64,000 bases of DNA from the human T2T-CHM13v2.0 reference genome, Homo sapiens: NCBI RefSeq assembly GCF_009914755.1, contig NC_060935.1; one strand, given 5' to 3'. The position numbers and the translations under genes are program-made. Position 1 is the stretch's first letter. Each line of letters starts with the position of its first letter. The notes beneath the pieces were generated by a model. It saw nothing but the letters and a program-made list of their open reading frames with translations. It had not been told where the DNA came from and ran no database searches. Of the stretch, positions 1 through 40,528 are shown in pieces.

Positions 1-6890
<6,890 letters not shown>

Positions 6891-8229
6891 CCCACTGCAC
6901 TTTGCCCTGTGTAAGTTCCCCAATGAATTCCCTGATGCTTCCAAAAACCATCCTTTACCCCTAAGCCTTTCTATCACTGTGACAGTACTCACTCTTCTGA
7001 CTTGTCCGTTCTCTAAGCAATGTTTCATGCTTCATACTTTTCCACTTGGAAAAACTCATCTGTCCCTTCTCCCATTCCTTTAGGGTCTTGCTAGGCCTTG
7101 CTACGTCTTGCTAGGCCTTCCTAGTTCTTGCTTAATTTAATATGATAATCATAATAGGAAATCAACAATTGCTTCCCTTCAGTATTTTACTGAAAAGACC
7201 CATCTATGACTAGGAGTATTCAAAACATTGAAATCCAAGAATACTATGTTGTTCTTGGGAAATTCTCTTCCAAATCTCAATTCTGGTAAGTTATTTTACC
7301 CTCAGTGATTCATAGGAGTAGCAATCACTTTTTACAAAGCACTTATAATGAGATGGGAAAAAGAATAACCTAGGAAAATTTTAGATCTATTAAAATATGT
7401 TTATGGCTTAGAAACCTATTGTTAATTTGTACAACATGTTCTGATGGGAGAATGACTTCCTAAATTTGAACTTGAAGTTGACATAGGGAGAAGCAATCTG
7501 ACACCTATGTTGCAACCAGCCTATTTTCAACAGTCAGAAAAACAAGTAAAACTTATCTCTGAGTTTTTGGTAGGGTAAGACTCAAAGGATGATGTCACTT
7601 TTCCTTTCTCATACTTTTAAAGGTCCATGAAGCCATTTTCTGGCAGATGTGTGCTTTAGTTATAATAAACACGGCAGGCAGATAGATCTCACAGGTATGC
7701 CTCAATGTCTGAAAGTTTTTAGTTTCTGATAAGAGCTGGAAATTTCTGTTTTAAGTGGTGGCTTTGGTAAGCAGTCCTGCTAAATGTTCGCCAAATCAGT
7801 TTAATTGCTGCTAATTTTCATATTCTGCTTTTGAGTTGAATCTTCAATATTTGACTGAATGTGGAATTTAAGACCAACAAATAAAAAAGACATTTTGTAA
7901 ATTTCTTCAATATTTAAAAAAACAATAATAAACATTTTGAACTTACAGTAAGCACTTATTTCAACAAATTGTGCTATTGTCTCAAATAGGAAGAAGCTTT
8001 TTGCTAATTGGATGTCTTGGCTTTATCGCTGTTATGACAAAAAATGATGCTTTAGGCATCTTTGTCAAGAAAAGGACTACAGACTAATGCTAAGAGGAAA
8101 TGAACTATTTGGGAAGTTATCTTTTCAATTGCAAATGCTTACAAGTAGCATCCTTTTAATAAATTATGTGATGAAAAGGGAACAAATGTATCACTTTGGC
8201 AGTATAAATTGCATTATTTGCAAGGGCTA

Positions 8230-9610
<1,381 letters not shown>

Positions 9611-9715
9611 TTATACATTCATCAAAATGACTTTAGACTTCATTGTTCTCCGTGATTGACTTGATAAGAGTAAATACTATAAATGTAAATGAACTTATAA
9701 AATAAATGTATGTAG

Positions 9716-9899
9716 ATGGACAGTGGAGACTCAGAGGGATGAAGGGGTGGGAAGGGGATGGATGATGGGAGGTTGCTTGGTGGGTACAACGTGTGTTGCT
9801 CCAGTGATAGACGTACTGAAGGCCCTGACTTTACCACAATGCAATATACCAATGTAGCAAAATTGCACTTGTGCCCCATGAATGTATACAAATTAAAAA
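9716..9899 (+). mobile_element. L1 3'-UTR fragment (L1PB-like)
   Basis: GGAGACTCAGAGGG...GGGTACAACGTG...CCCTGACTTTACCACAATGCAATATACCAATGTAGCAAAATTGCACTTGTGCCCCATGAAT resembles L1PB 3' ends. Confidence 0.7.
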
Positions 9900-9907
9900 C
9901 TAGATAG

Positions 9908-13111
<3,204 letters not shown>

Positions 13112-13443
13112 TGCAGAATATTTAAGCAAACTTTTGTTGTAGCAAACAAAATAATATCCAAAGAATTAGTTTATTTTTGACCTGTGATTCAGGATTTAAA
13201 AAAAAATTTAAGGCCCAAGTGCAGTGGCTCGCACTTATAATCCCAGCATTTTGGGAGGCCGAGGTGGGAGGACAGCTTGAGCCCAGTAGTTGGAGTAACA
13301 TAGCAAGACCCTTGTATCTACAAAAAAAAATTTTTTTTTTTAATTAGCGGAGTGGGGCGTGACAGTGCATGCCGGTGGTCCTAGGTGCTTAGATGGCTGA
13401 GGTGGAAGAATTGCTTGAGCCTGGGAGGTCAAGGCTGCAGTGA

Positions 13444-13787
<344 letters not shown>

Positions 13788-13835
13788 GAGACACTCTCTA
13801 AAAAAAAAAAAAAAAAGAAAAGAAAAAGAAAATTA

Positions 13836-15968
<2,133 letters not shown>

Positions 15969-16442
15969 TAGATACTTAATAATTGCTTATCACCCTTTAT
16001 ATCATAACTGTACTAAATAAATTTGGCCTAGAGATCTAGCTCAAAACTTTATGCTTTGCAGGAATTTCCCTGTTACTCCTTGTGATAAGTGGTTAGTCAG
16101 CTTTTGTTATTGTTGTTAGTTAAGAGAATGCATCGGAAAACACCTAGAACCGGTCCTGGTCCAGTTAACTGCTTTTGCTTAAAACTATTTTTAAAATGAA
16201 GAAATTTTACCAGTGAGCATTATTAAATTTATTCAAAGACTTACTGATTGCTTATATTCTTTTTTCTTTACTGATTATGTAAGCAAAACATGTTATTTTT
16301 ACAAATTCATATATGTTTTTGTGCATATATTAACATTAGTATATTTATTAGTCTTTATTTTACAGAAATTGATCATAGGTGACTTACATTTTTAAACATG
16401 TCTTAGATATCTTTTTACATAAATAAAAATAGGTCTATCTGT

Positions 16443-16957
16443 TCTTTTCCTCCCTGGCTTTCTGAGGATAGACTGCCATCATGAACGGCACGGTAACTAT
16501 CCGCGTTAGAAAGTTCATGTCCAACCGACTACTTCAGAGGAAACAAATGGTCATTGATGTCCTTCACCCTGGGAAGGCAACAGTGCCTAAGACAGAAATT
16601 CAGGGAAAACTAGCCAAAATGTACAAGACCATACCGGATGTCATCTTTGTATTTGGATTCAGAGCTCATTTTGGCGGTGGCAAGACAACTGGCTTTGGCA
16701 TGATTTATGATTCCCTGGATTATGCAGAGAAAAATGAATCCAAACATTGACTTGCAAGACATGGCCTTTGTGAGAAGAAAAAGACCTCAAGAAAGCAACG
16801 AAAGGAACGCAAGAACAGAATGAAGACAGTCAGGGGAAGTGCAAAGGCCAGTGCTGGTGCTGGCAAAAAGCCGAAGGAGTAAAGGTGCTGCAATCATGTT
16901 ATTTGTGGCTGTTGTGGATTTTTCACAAGAAGATTAATAAACTATAAACTTTAAAAA
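16443..16957 (+). pseudogene. Processed pseudogene of 40S ribosomal protein S24 (eS24, parent RPS24), full length; ancestral CDS 16481-16882 with premature TGA at 16748-16750
   Basis: Translation [40 protein letters not shown]... continues in frame past the stop as [43 protein letters not shown]. No introns, 5' TOP-like CTTTTCC leader, AATAAA at 16936-16941, degenerate TSD ending TCTATCT (16434-16440 and 16965-16971). Confidence 0.96.
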
Positions 16958-16961
16958 GTAA

Positions 16962-21330
<4,369 letters not shown>

Positions 21331-21987
21331 GGTTTTTATTTTGTTTGTTTGTTTGTCTGAGAACTTTCTGGAATCTAATTGAATTTTTACAAGGCTATTG
21401 TAAGTAGGTATTAGAATCTCCTTAGTTACAGATAAAGAGACTGAAGTTTAGAGAGATTAAGTAGCTTGCCTAAGTCACATAGGAAGTAAATGACAGGATT
21501 TGCGTTTTGCTCTATCTGAAAGCTTCTCATAATCTTAAATGTCTTATTCTGATATTTGATAGTATAATAAATAACACATCCTTTTAAGAAAAATAATTCT
21601 GCCATGATAGTCTGTTAGATATATGCATTTCTATCTTTATTTTGGACTTAGAGGGGAAAAATGTATCTGCCTGGAACCAAACACATAATTTTTGGAATTG
21701 CATAACGCTGTGAGTGAGTGTGTGAGTGTGTGACTGAGTGTCCACTCAAACTGCCAGAGTTCCAGTTATCTCTGGCTCAGGGATCGTCCACCTTCCTGTG
21801 GGAGTTCATTTGCTCCTCTCTGCATAGGTTACTGCAGGCACTTGTAGTAGAATATGTCAGGCTATGCTTTTGTTGCCAATGTCTTAAGGGATGACACTCC
21901 TTTCATTCATCCCATGAGGTTTTATGAGAGTCTGCTGCTCTGGTGGAGCTTACACTGTTATAGGAAGAGACAAAATAAACAAGCATG

Positions 21988-24380
21988 AAGTTAGTACAGC
22001 CACTATGGAGAACAGTATGGAGGTTCTCAAAAAAATAAAAATAGAACTACTGTATGATCTGACAATCCCACTGCTAGGTATATCCCCAAAAGAAAGAAAA
22101 TCAATATATTGAAGAGATACCTGTACTCCCATGGTTTATTGTAGCACTATTTGCGATAGTCAAGATTTAAAATTAACCTAAGCATCCATTAATAGATGCA
22201 TGGATAAAGGAAATGTGATACATATATACAATGGAGTACTATATAGCCATAAAAAAGAATGAGATCCTGTCATTTGAAACAACATGGATAGAACTGGAGG
22301 ATATTGTGTTAAGTGAAATATGCTAGGTACAGAAAGACAAACTTCACACGTTCTCACTTATTTGTGGGAGCTAAAAATTGAAACAACTGAACTCATGGAA
22401 ATAGTAGAATGATGGTTATCACAGGCTAGGAAGGGGAGTGGGGGCAGGGAGCAGGGGAATATTAATGGGCATGAAAATATAGTTAGATCTCTCCCTCCCC
22501 CTCCCCCTCTCCCTCTCCCTCTCCCTCTCCCTCTCCCTCTCCCCTTTCCACGGTCTCCCTCTCCCTCGTCTCGCCTTTCCACGGTCTCCCTCTGATGCCG
22601 AGCCGAGGCTGGACTGTACTGCCGCCATCTCGGCTCACTGCAACCTCCCTGCCTGATTCTCCTGCCTCAGCCTGCCGAGTGCCTGGGATTGCAGGCGCGC
22701 GCCGCCACGCCTGACTGCTTTTTGTATTTTTTGGTGGAGACGGGGTTTTACTGTGTTGGCCGGGCTGGTCTCCAGCTCCTGAGCACGAGTGATCTGCCCG
22801 CCTCGGCCTCCCGAGGTGCCGGGATTGCAGACGGAGTCTCGCTCACTCAGTGCTCAATCTTGCCCAGGCTGGAGTGCAGTGGCGTGATCTCGGCTGGCTA
22901 CAACCTCCACCTCCCAGCCGCCTGCCTTGGCCTCCCAAAGTGCTGAGATTGCAGCCTCTGCCCGGCTGCCACCCCGTCTAGGAAGTGAGGAGCGTCTCTG
23001 CCTGGCCGTCCATCGTCTGGGATGTGAGGAGCCCCTCTGCCCGGCCGCCCAGTCTGGGAAGTGAGGAGTGCCTCTTCCTGGCCGCCATCCCATCTAGGAA
23101 GTGAGGAGCGTCTCTGCCCGGCCGCCCATCGTCTGAGATGTGGGGAGCGCCTCTGCCCCGCCGCCCCGTCTGGGATGTGAGGGGCGCCTCTGTCCGGCCG
23201 CGACCCCGTCTGGGCACTGAGGAGCGTCTCTGCCCGACCGCCACCCCGTCTGGGAGGTCAGGAGCGTCTCTGCCCGGCCGCCCCGTCTGGGAAGTGAGGA
23301 GCCCCTCCGCCCGGCAGCCGCCCCGTCTGGGAAGTGAGGAGCGTCTCCGCCCAGCAGCCGCCCCTTCCAGGAGGTGGGGGGCAGCCCCCACCTGGCCAGC
23401 CGCCCCGTCTGGGAGGGAGGTCGGGGGCAGTCCCCACCCGGCCAGCCGCCCTGTCCGGGAGGTGGGGGGCGCCTCTGCCCGGCTGCCCCATCTGGGAAGT
23501 GAGGAGCCCCTCTGCCCGGCTGCCACCCCGTCTGGGAGGAGTACCCAACAGCTCATTGAGAACGGGCCATGATGACGATGGCGGTTTTGTCGAACAGAAA
23601 AGGGGGAAATGTGGGGAAAAGAAAGAGAGATCAGATTGTTACTGTGTCTGTGCAGAAAGAAGTAGACATAGGAGACTCCATTTTGTTCTGTACTAAGAAA
23701 AATTCTTCTGCCTTGGGATGCTGTTAATCTATAACCTTACCCCCAACCCCCTGCTCTCTGAAACATGTGCTGTGTCCACTCAGGGTTAAATGGATTAAGG
23801 GTGGTGCAAGATGTGCTTTCTTAAACAGATGCTTGAAGGCAGCATGCTCGTTAAGAGTCATCACCACTCCCTAATCTCAAGTACCCAGGGACACAAACAC
23901 TTCGGAAGGCCGCTGGGTCCTCTGCCTAGGAAAACCAGAGACCCTTGTTCACATGTTTATCTGCTGACCTTCCCTCCACTATTGTCCTATGACCCTGCCA
24001 AATCCCCCTCTCCGAGAAACACCCAAGAATGATCAATAAATACTATTAAAAAAATAAATAAATAAATAAAATAAAATAAAACATAGTTAGATTTTTAAAA
24101 AAGAAAATATATTAGATAGAATGAATAAGATCTGGTATTTGATAACACAATAGGGTGACTATACTGAACAACAACTTATTGTACATTTAAAAATAAGGAA
24201 TATAATTGAAATGTTTGTAACATAAATAAATGATAGATGCTTGGGGTATGTGTACTCTATTTACCCCAATGTGACTATCACACATCGCATGCCTGTATTG
24301 AAATACCACATATGCTCCGTGAATATATACACCTACTATGTACCCACAAAAATGAAAAATTTAAAATAAAAAAAGAAAAC
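21988..24380 (+). mobile_element. 5'-truncated L1 (L1MA-like) 3' end, split by the SVA (21988-22488 plus 24103-24380)
   Basis: ORF2 C-terminal relic (ATMENSMEVLKKIKIELLYDLTIPLLGISPKE), L1 3' UTR and A tail. 18-bp TSD ACAAAATAAACAAGYATG at 21970-21987 and 24381-24398. Confidence 0.88.
22489..24102 (+). mobile_element. Full-length SVA retrotransposon, older (A/B-like) type
   Basis: CCCTCT hexamers ~22489-22545, antisense Alu-like domain to ~22950, GC-rich VNTR ~22950-23540, SINE-R ~23540-24045, AATAAA and A-rich tail. The SINE-R variant AAAGAGAGATCAGATTGTTACTG matches older subfamilies as I recall them. Confidence 0.96.
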
Positions 24381-24639
24381 ACAAAATAAACAAGTATGTA
24401 AGAAAATTAACAAGGTATTTTTGGATGTGATAAGTGCTAACCAAAGGCCAGTGTGCCCAGAATTCAATAACCGAAGTGGGTAGCATGGTAGGGGATGAGG
24501 TCAGAGTGATAGGCTTTGTGGCTCACAGTAAAGAACACGGGTGTTATTCCCTTTTCAATGGTTGGCTTTGGCTGGGTTCAGAAAGGGAAGGGATATGGTC
24601 TCTCTGGCTACTCACAGACCCTATTGCATACTGCTCTTT

Positions 24640-25415
<776 letters not shown>

Positions 25416-25419
25416 GTGA

Positions 25420-25862
25420 TTTTATTAGTTATCGCTTACTGTGGAACACATTACCCCCAAAACTGAGTAGCTTAAAACAGCAACCATCTATCTCCTAGTT
25501 TCTGTGGATGAGGACATCAGGAGAGGCTAAGCTGGGTTTGTGTGGCTCAGGGTCTTTAAGGAGGTTGCACTCAATGTTGGCCAGGGTTGCATTCATCTGA
25601 AGGCTTGACTGAGGCTGCAGGATCTGCTTCCAAGCTCTTTCATATGGCTATTGACCAAAGGTTTCAGTTCCTTGCTAAATGAGTTTCTCCATAAGGCTTG
25701 CAACATAGCAGTTGGAGAAGTATCAAGGTGAAAGGCATAATACCTTTTGATGACCTAGTGTCTGAAGTTGCACATCATCATTTCCATTTTATCATTTTAT
25801 TTTGTTTGTTAAGAGCAAGTAACCAAGTCCAGCCCACAAAAGGAAGGGAATTAGGGTCCACT
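25420..25862 (-). mobile_element. MLT1-family (MaLR) LTR
   Basis: ATTACCCCCAAAACTGAGTAGCTTAAAACA...CATCTGAAGGCTTGACTGAGGCTG..GATCTGCTTCCAAG. Confidence 0.75.
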
Positions 25863-25865
25863 CCT

Positions 25866-35591
<9,726 letters not shown>

Positions 35592-36899
35592 TCCTTTGTC
35601 TCTTAAAGGCATTATCCAAAATACTCATCTTCCGGTTTGAAGAGCAGCAGGGATTAAATGTGTATTATGTATGCAGCAATTTGCCACTCCCTTTGCCCTG
35701 CCCCAGTTACTGCAATAGAAAATTTCTGGGAATAAATACATCTCTGGTAAATTCAATCTTGCTAGTGAAGATTATGAAGGAAACAAAGAAAGGACACTTC
35801 CATTCCAGAAAGAAAGGTGTTTGTTTCCCAAAAGGTTAGACATTGATTCAGAACAAAGGGAACCTGAGGAAACGGGTATAAAAGAAAATCAACTCTGAAT
35901 GTGAGGTATTAGAAAGCCATTTGTTTCCTAGGGAAAAGGAGGAAAGATGGGGTGGGAGACATGGGCTTTACTGTATAACCTTGGTCATGTCACCTAAACT
36001 TCTTGGAACTCCTGAGTGTAAGAGTTGGGACCAAGGATCGCAAAGCTTCTTTCATTCCTAAAATTCTATGGTTCCACGATTATGTAAGCTGAAACAGGCC
36101 ATTCTGTTGATTTCCTAATCTCCAGGAGGAAAGAAACTAGTCTTTGGGAGTTAAACCGACTAATTTAACGGAGAATTACCAATGTGGAGGTGGGCGAACT
36201 TCACAATTATGGGGTTTTGGACAGTAGAGATGCTCTTGAAAAATTTCCAAGAGGACCCTTCCCCCGTCCTTGAACCTGGCTTTACAATTCTCTTCACTCT
36301 TTGGGATAGGGGAGCGGGTAGAACCTAGTTTAGATTGAGGTCGTTCATTTGAGCATTTCCCCTTTACTTATTTTGGGACCTTTAACGACCAAATGCCGAG
36401 AAACAGATCCTTAATTACGGTTCCGGGATCTCGAAAGGCCTGTAAAATCCTGCTTCCGCATCTTCATCCTTTCTTCGGGTATTGGGATCTTTTTTAAAAA
36501 TGTGTATTTCTGGCGGAGGGGGCATGGAGTGAGGTTCAGAACAGCAGAGCCGGGCTGACGGATGCTTCTTTCGCGGGAGGCTTGGCTTGCGGGACTCCGG
36601 GTTGGGGCCGCACGGGCTGGCAGGCGGGCTCCGGGCAACAAGGGCGCGGCTGCGGACTGGCGGGCGGACCCCGGGGAGGGGCTTCACGGAGGCGCCGCGG
36701 CCGGAGCGGAGCGGAGCCGCCCGGGCTGGGCGCGCAGCGCTGCCGGGCGGGCGGTGGCGCTGCGGAGGCGGTGGCCGAGGCCGACGAGCGCGGAGGAGGG
36801 GCCCGAGGCTGGGGCGGCTGGTGGCAGCTGCCTCAGTGACGACTGCCGGCATCGCGGCGACCTGAGGAGATCAAGCCGCAGGCCCCGCCGTCGCCACCA

Positions 36900-37328
36900 C
36901 TCCCGCCAGTCTTCCTTCTCCGCTCCCGGCCGGGGCGTCAGGAATGGGCCCCAATCGCCGTGGGCCCCGCACCCTGCGTCGCCCGTAGGCCCCAGTAGCC
37001 GGAGGCCGACCGGCCTCCCACTACCCCTCGCCCTAGCCAAGCCGTCCCCACCCCAAATCCCCGGGAAGGAAGATGAGGGAGACGGGCCCGGCGCTTAGCA
37101 GCCAGAGCAGCAGCAGCAGCAGCAGCGGTCGGGGGAGGGTGTTTCGCCGTTTCCTCTCAGCCGCCAGGACAAGATGGCAGCGGCCGCGGAGAGGGGCTGA
37201 GCCCGGGCTGGGTGGTGCCGCCTGCTGAAGCGCCTGGCTCCCGGTCCCCGGCACGGCCCTGCGCCCCACCCCGGACATGCTCAGGGCTGCGGCCGCCCGA
37301 AGAGGAGAGAGCGCGGGCCTCTAGGAAG
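36900..37328 (+). other. HIPK3: Non-coding first exon (5' UTR) of HIPK3; start approximate, donor AAG|GTAAGG at 37328/37329
   Basis: Strong donor inside the CpG island. I recall the sequence ...GAGAGAGCGCGGGCCTCTAGGAAG as the HIPK3 leader that joins GTATGGCCTCACAAG. The gene identity is from memory, not a search. Confidence 0.78.
37106..37126 (+). repeat. (AGC)7 trinucleotide repeat in the 5' UTR
   Basis: Read directly. Confidence 0.95.
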
Positions 37329-40300
37329 GTAAGGGAGTCGAGCGAGGGGCGCCGCCACCCCGGGGTGGGGGGATCGGCTCCGTCTGCGGGCTCCGCGGCC
37401 AGCGGACCCCAAGCCTGACCCGGGCCTGGCCCGACACCTCCGGCGCAGCCCGCACTCATTGCGCGTCCCGTGCCCCATCCGCAGCGCTCTCGTGCTCCCA
37501 GTTTCCGCCCTAGCCCCTGCAGTGTGGCCCGGTATGAGCCGCTCCCTCGAAGCCGGCGCCACGCCAGGCCCTGGGCCGCCGGACGCGGGGGCCGTAGCCT
37601 CCGGGAAGCCGCGCCTGGCCGGGGCCCGGGGGCCTCGGCCCCCCCTCCCCCTGCCAAGGTTGCGCAACGGCTCTTCCCAGCAACCGAAGTTTTGTTTAGT
37701 CCCACGGGGAGCCTCTCTTCCCCCTCCGCAGTCCTAGGCCGTAACTACGGAGATCCCTTTCCTTTCATTAAGGGGAACAAACAAACGCGCAGGCACGCAG
37801 CTTGAGCACCCCAGCCGATGGCCGCGTCCCGGGCTTTGTGGCCCCGTCCCCAGCGTCGCGGAGCAGCGGGTTTGCAGGGTGTCAACTCTGGGGACGTGCG
37901 TGCGTGTGTGTGATTGTTGGGGAGGAGAAATGTGATCCGCGGCTCCGCGTCCCCAGCGGCGGCGGGAGGAAGGCGTGGCGGCCGCGCGGCGGGGCTGTTG
38001 CCGGCTTCTCTCGTTACGGTGGCTGCCGCCCGCTTCCCTTCGCCGCACTGGGAGAACTGGCGGAAAGACTTTGGATGAAAATGTCTGTTTCTCTGTCGGG
38101 AGGGAGACGGCTGTTGTAAAATGGTATGTGGCTCTCGGGGAATCCTGTTGTTCCCGTCTCATCTCTGCTTGAGGAATTGCGCTGAAGAGTGTGTGCGTAA
38201 ATTACCTTGGACTTGTTACAGAGTAGTCGTAACACGTTCAGGCCTTGAACCGTGTTTTCACAACCTCTTACTGCCCTGTTAGGGAATTTGTTTTTCCACC
38301 TGTCAGTTGGCTGCTTCTAATTATAATAAGGGGCTTCTATTAGCAACAGCAAAAAATTTCAGTTTATCGTCCAGTTTAGAGGGAAAGCGCATGGTTGGCT
38401 CTATTGTAAACTTTGTTTTGATGTCTGTCTGGTACAGGGCCGGAAAAGTTAGCTGGCAAACCAGTCTGCGTGTGCTTTTGCGTACTTTCTAGTAGTTTGG
38501 AGATCTGCTGACACTTTTTCCCTTTTTGCTATTTTAGGTATTTGCTTTTAGCTGTAGCTTCTGAAGTGGGAGTACTTATATTCATTCAAACCATCTCAGT
38601 TAATTTCAAAGTTTTAGTTGCTGGGCTCTTTAAAATTTTTAAAGAGGTTTCCTTTCTGATCAAATTTTTGATGAAAAGTCTTGAGCCGTAACGGTGGTTA
38701 CTGCTTACCCAACTAAGACATTTTAATCCTATATTATTTAATTTTTCAGAAGCTGGTGAAGTCTCACCATATGTTTGATAAGTCTAGATTCTGCTTATGT
38801 TTGCAAGTGCAGTGCTAATTTTATACAATGAGCAATGATAAGGTTTAGATAGGTCATGATTAAACTTAGTATTTTAAGTAAACAAAATATGACTGACCTT
38901 TTGTAAAAAAAGTTTTCATAGTTTTATTGATTATCTTATGCTTTCGTGCCACTTATCAGTAATTGCAATTTTACCAGCCAGATACAGTTATTTAGTTTTA
39001 AGTCAATGAAATATTTCTTGGTGTATTTATGGCTGCATTCATAAAGTGTAGAGGACTTTTATTTCTGAACTATAATGCTTAACCTGTTTGAGATTTTTCT
39101 TTTTTGAAATTTACTTATTTAAAATTTATGTTAAGGCAGAGATGTGTTGAAATATTTGTGATGTTTGGGCATGTCTTTTTTTTTTTGTACTTATGGAAAA
39201 ATTTGTTCCTTAATTCCCCCCTCTGCCTCCCGCCCCCCGCCCCAAGGGGATCTCTTTTCTAAGAAAAAAGTATTTGTGGAGAACCTTAGATTAAAACTGT
39301 TGTAAAAAAGTAAGATGAGTTTGAAATCTAGAACAGAACTGGCCATTAAATGTTTCAACTTTATATTTGGGCATTGCTGACTACAGTAGCTAAACATACA
39401 TATTAGGCAAGCAGATCATAACATGATAAGTCAGCCTTACTTAGTTTATTGTCAAAATATATTTTCCATTGAACTAGTCATTACCTTGCTTATAAACTGG
39501 TCATTGGCTTTTGGGCATGGGATTTTAGAGTCACATTAAAATGGATGGTTTATATGAGATACTTCTTCTTGTAAACATGTTTGAAAAGAAGCTGTAGATC
39601 ATACTCTTAACTTTTTGGATACCATAAAATAGGGTGTAAATTACAGACGTAGGTTGCTGTTGCAAGTATGGCGTGGGCACATAGGTTTTTATGTTTAATG
39701 CAAGATATGGAGAGCCTCCCTGCACCCCCTGCAACTTAAAAAAGCAGCAGCTATCAAATTAATTTTTTGATTGAACTTTTGTTTTTAATATTTGATGCAT
39801 GAACCTGAAAGCATATGGAAAGGAGGAAAGGGAAAATGTAAATTTCAGAATGCCGCAATATTATTTTTCAGACCTGATTCACATCCATTTCATGGAATGC
39901 TTGTTTGCATGTTATTTTTTATTTGAATGCTAGTACGACTTATCCTGGTAACTTTTGAAGTTAACTTTATTTTACCAGGTAAGAGAGTTAACTTATTAAA
40001 TGTTATTTTCATAGCAACAGTTTACCAAGTATGATGATAAGGTAAATTAGAATTGCACTATTGGTGGTTAATTCAAAGGCATAAAAATGTAGTTCCCATT
40101 GGAACCTCACATTTAAGTTTGGAGATGAAAAGATGTCATGGTAATATTTAGATTCAAAGATATTCTAAGGAAATTCTCCATATTTAAATATCCTTCCAGA
40201 AGTTGTTATTCCTGACTCTTAACTCTTAGAGGACACAGAATAACTTGATTTATTGTTGCCAAAATAAATATTCGTGTTGTAGCTGTCCTGGTTTTCTGAT

Positions 40301-40528
40301 GTCCAAAGTTGAGACTCCCAATGTAGTATGTTTAACTTGGAAGTTACTTCTGAAGAAAAACTACTAAAACTTTGTTAAAATGGATGACTCTATCAGTGTG
40401 TTTATTTTTTAAAAGGTATTATTCCCCCCCCAACACTTTTCACTGGGATGTAGTATTTCTCTTTTTTAACTTGCTGAAAGCTTTGTCATGGAGAATCTTT
40501 TGTGATACCGGTGTAAGTCTAAAGGGAT

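Larger units (their letters stand above)
36530..38060 (+). promoter_or_regulatory. HIPK3: CpG island / TATA-less promoter
   Basis: Abrupt GC and CpG enrichment, GC boxes, YY1-like AAGATGGCAGC at 37171-37181, palindrome GTTGCGCAAC (C/EBP core) at 37659-37668. Confidence 0.92.

Noticed and set aside
16481-16750. 89-aa RPS24-like ORF as a functional gene
   Set aside because: Truncated by a nonsense codon, intronless, many substitutions and no evident promoter
22689-24032. Overlapping ORFs up to 192 aa
   Set aside because: They lie in the GC-rich SVA VNTR and SINE-R; SVAs are non-coding
36411-38172. Long Arg/Pro/Gly-rich ORFs on both strands (e.g. 36562-37098, 37157-37705)
   Set aside because: Expected from stop-codon scarcity in a CpG island; no recognisable domain
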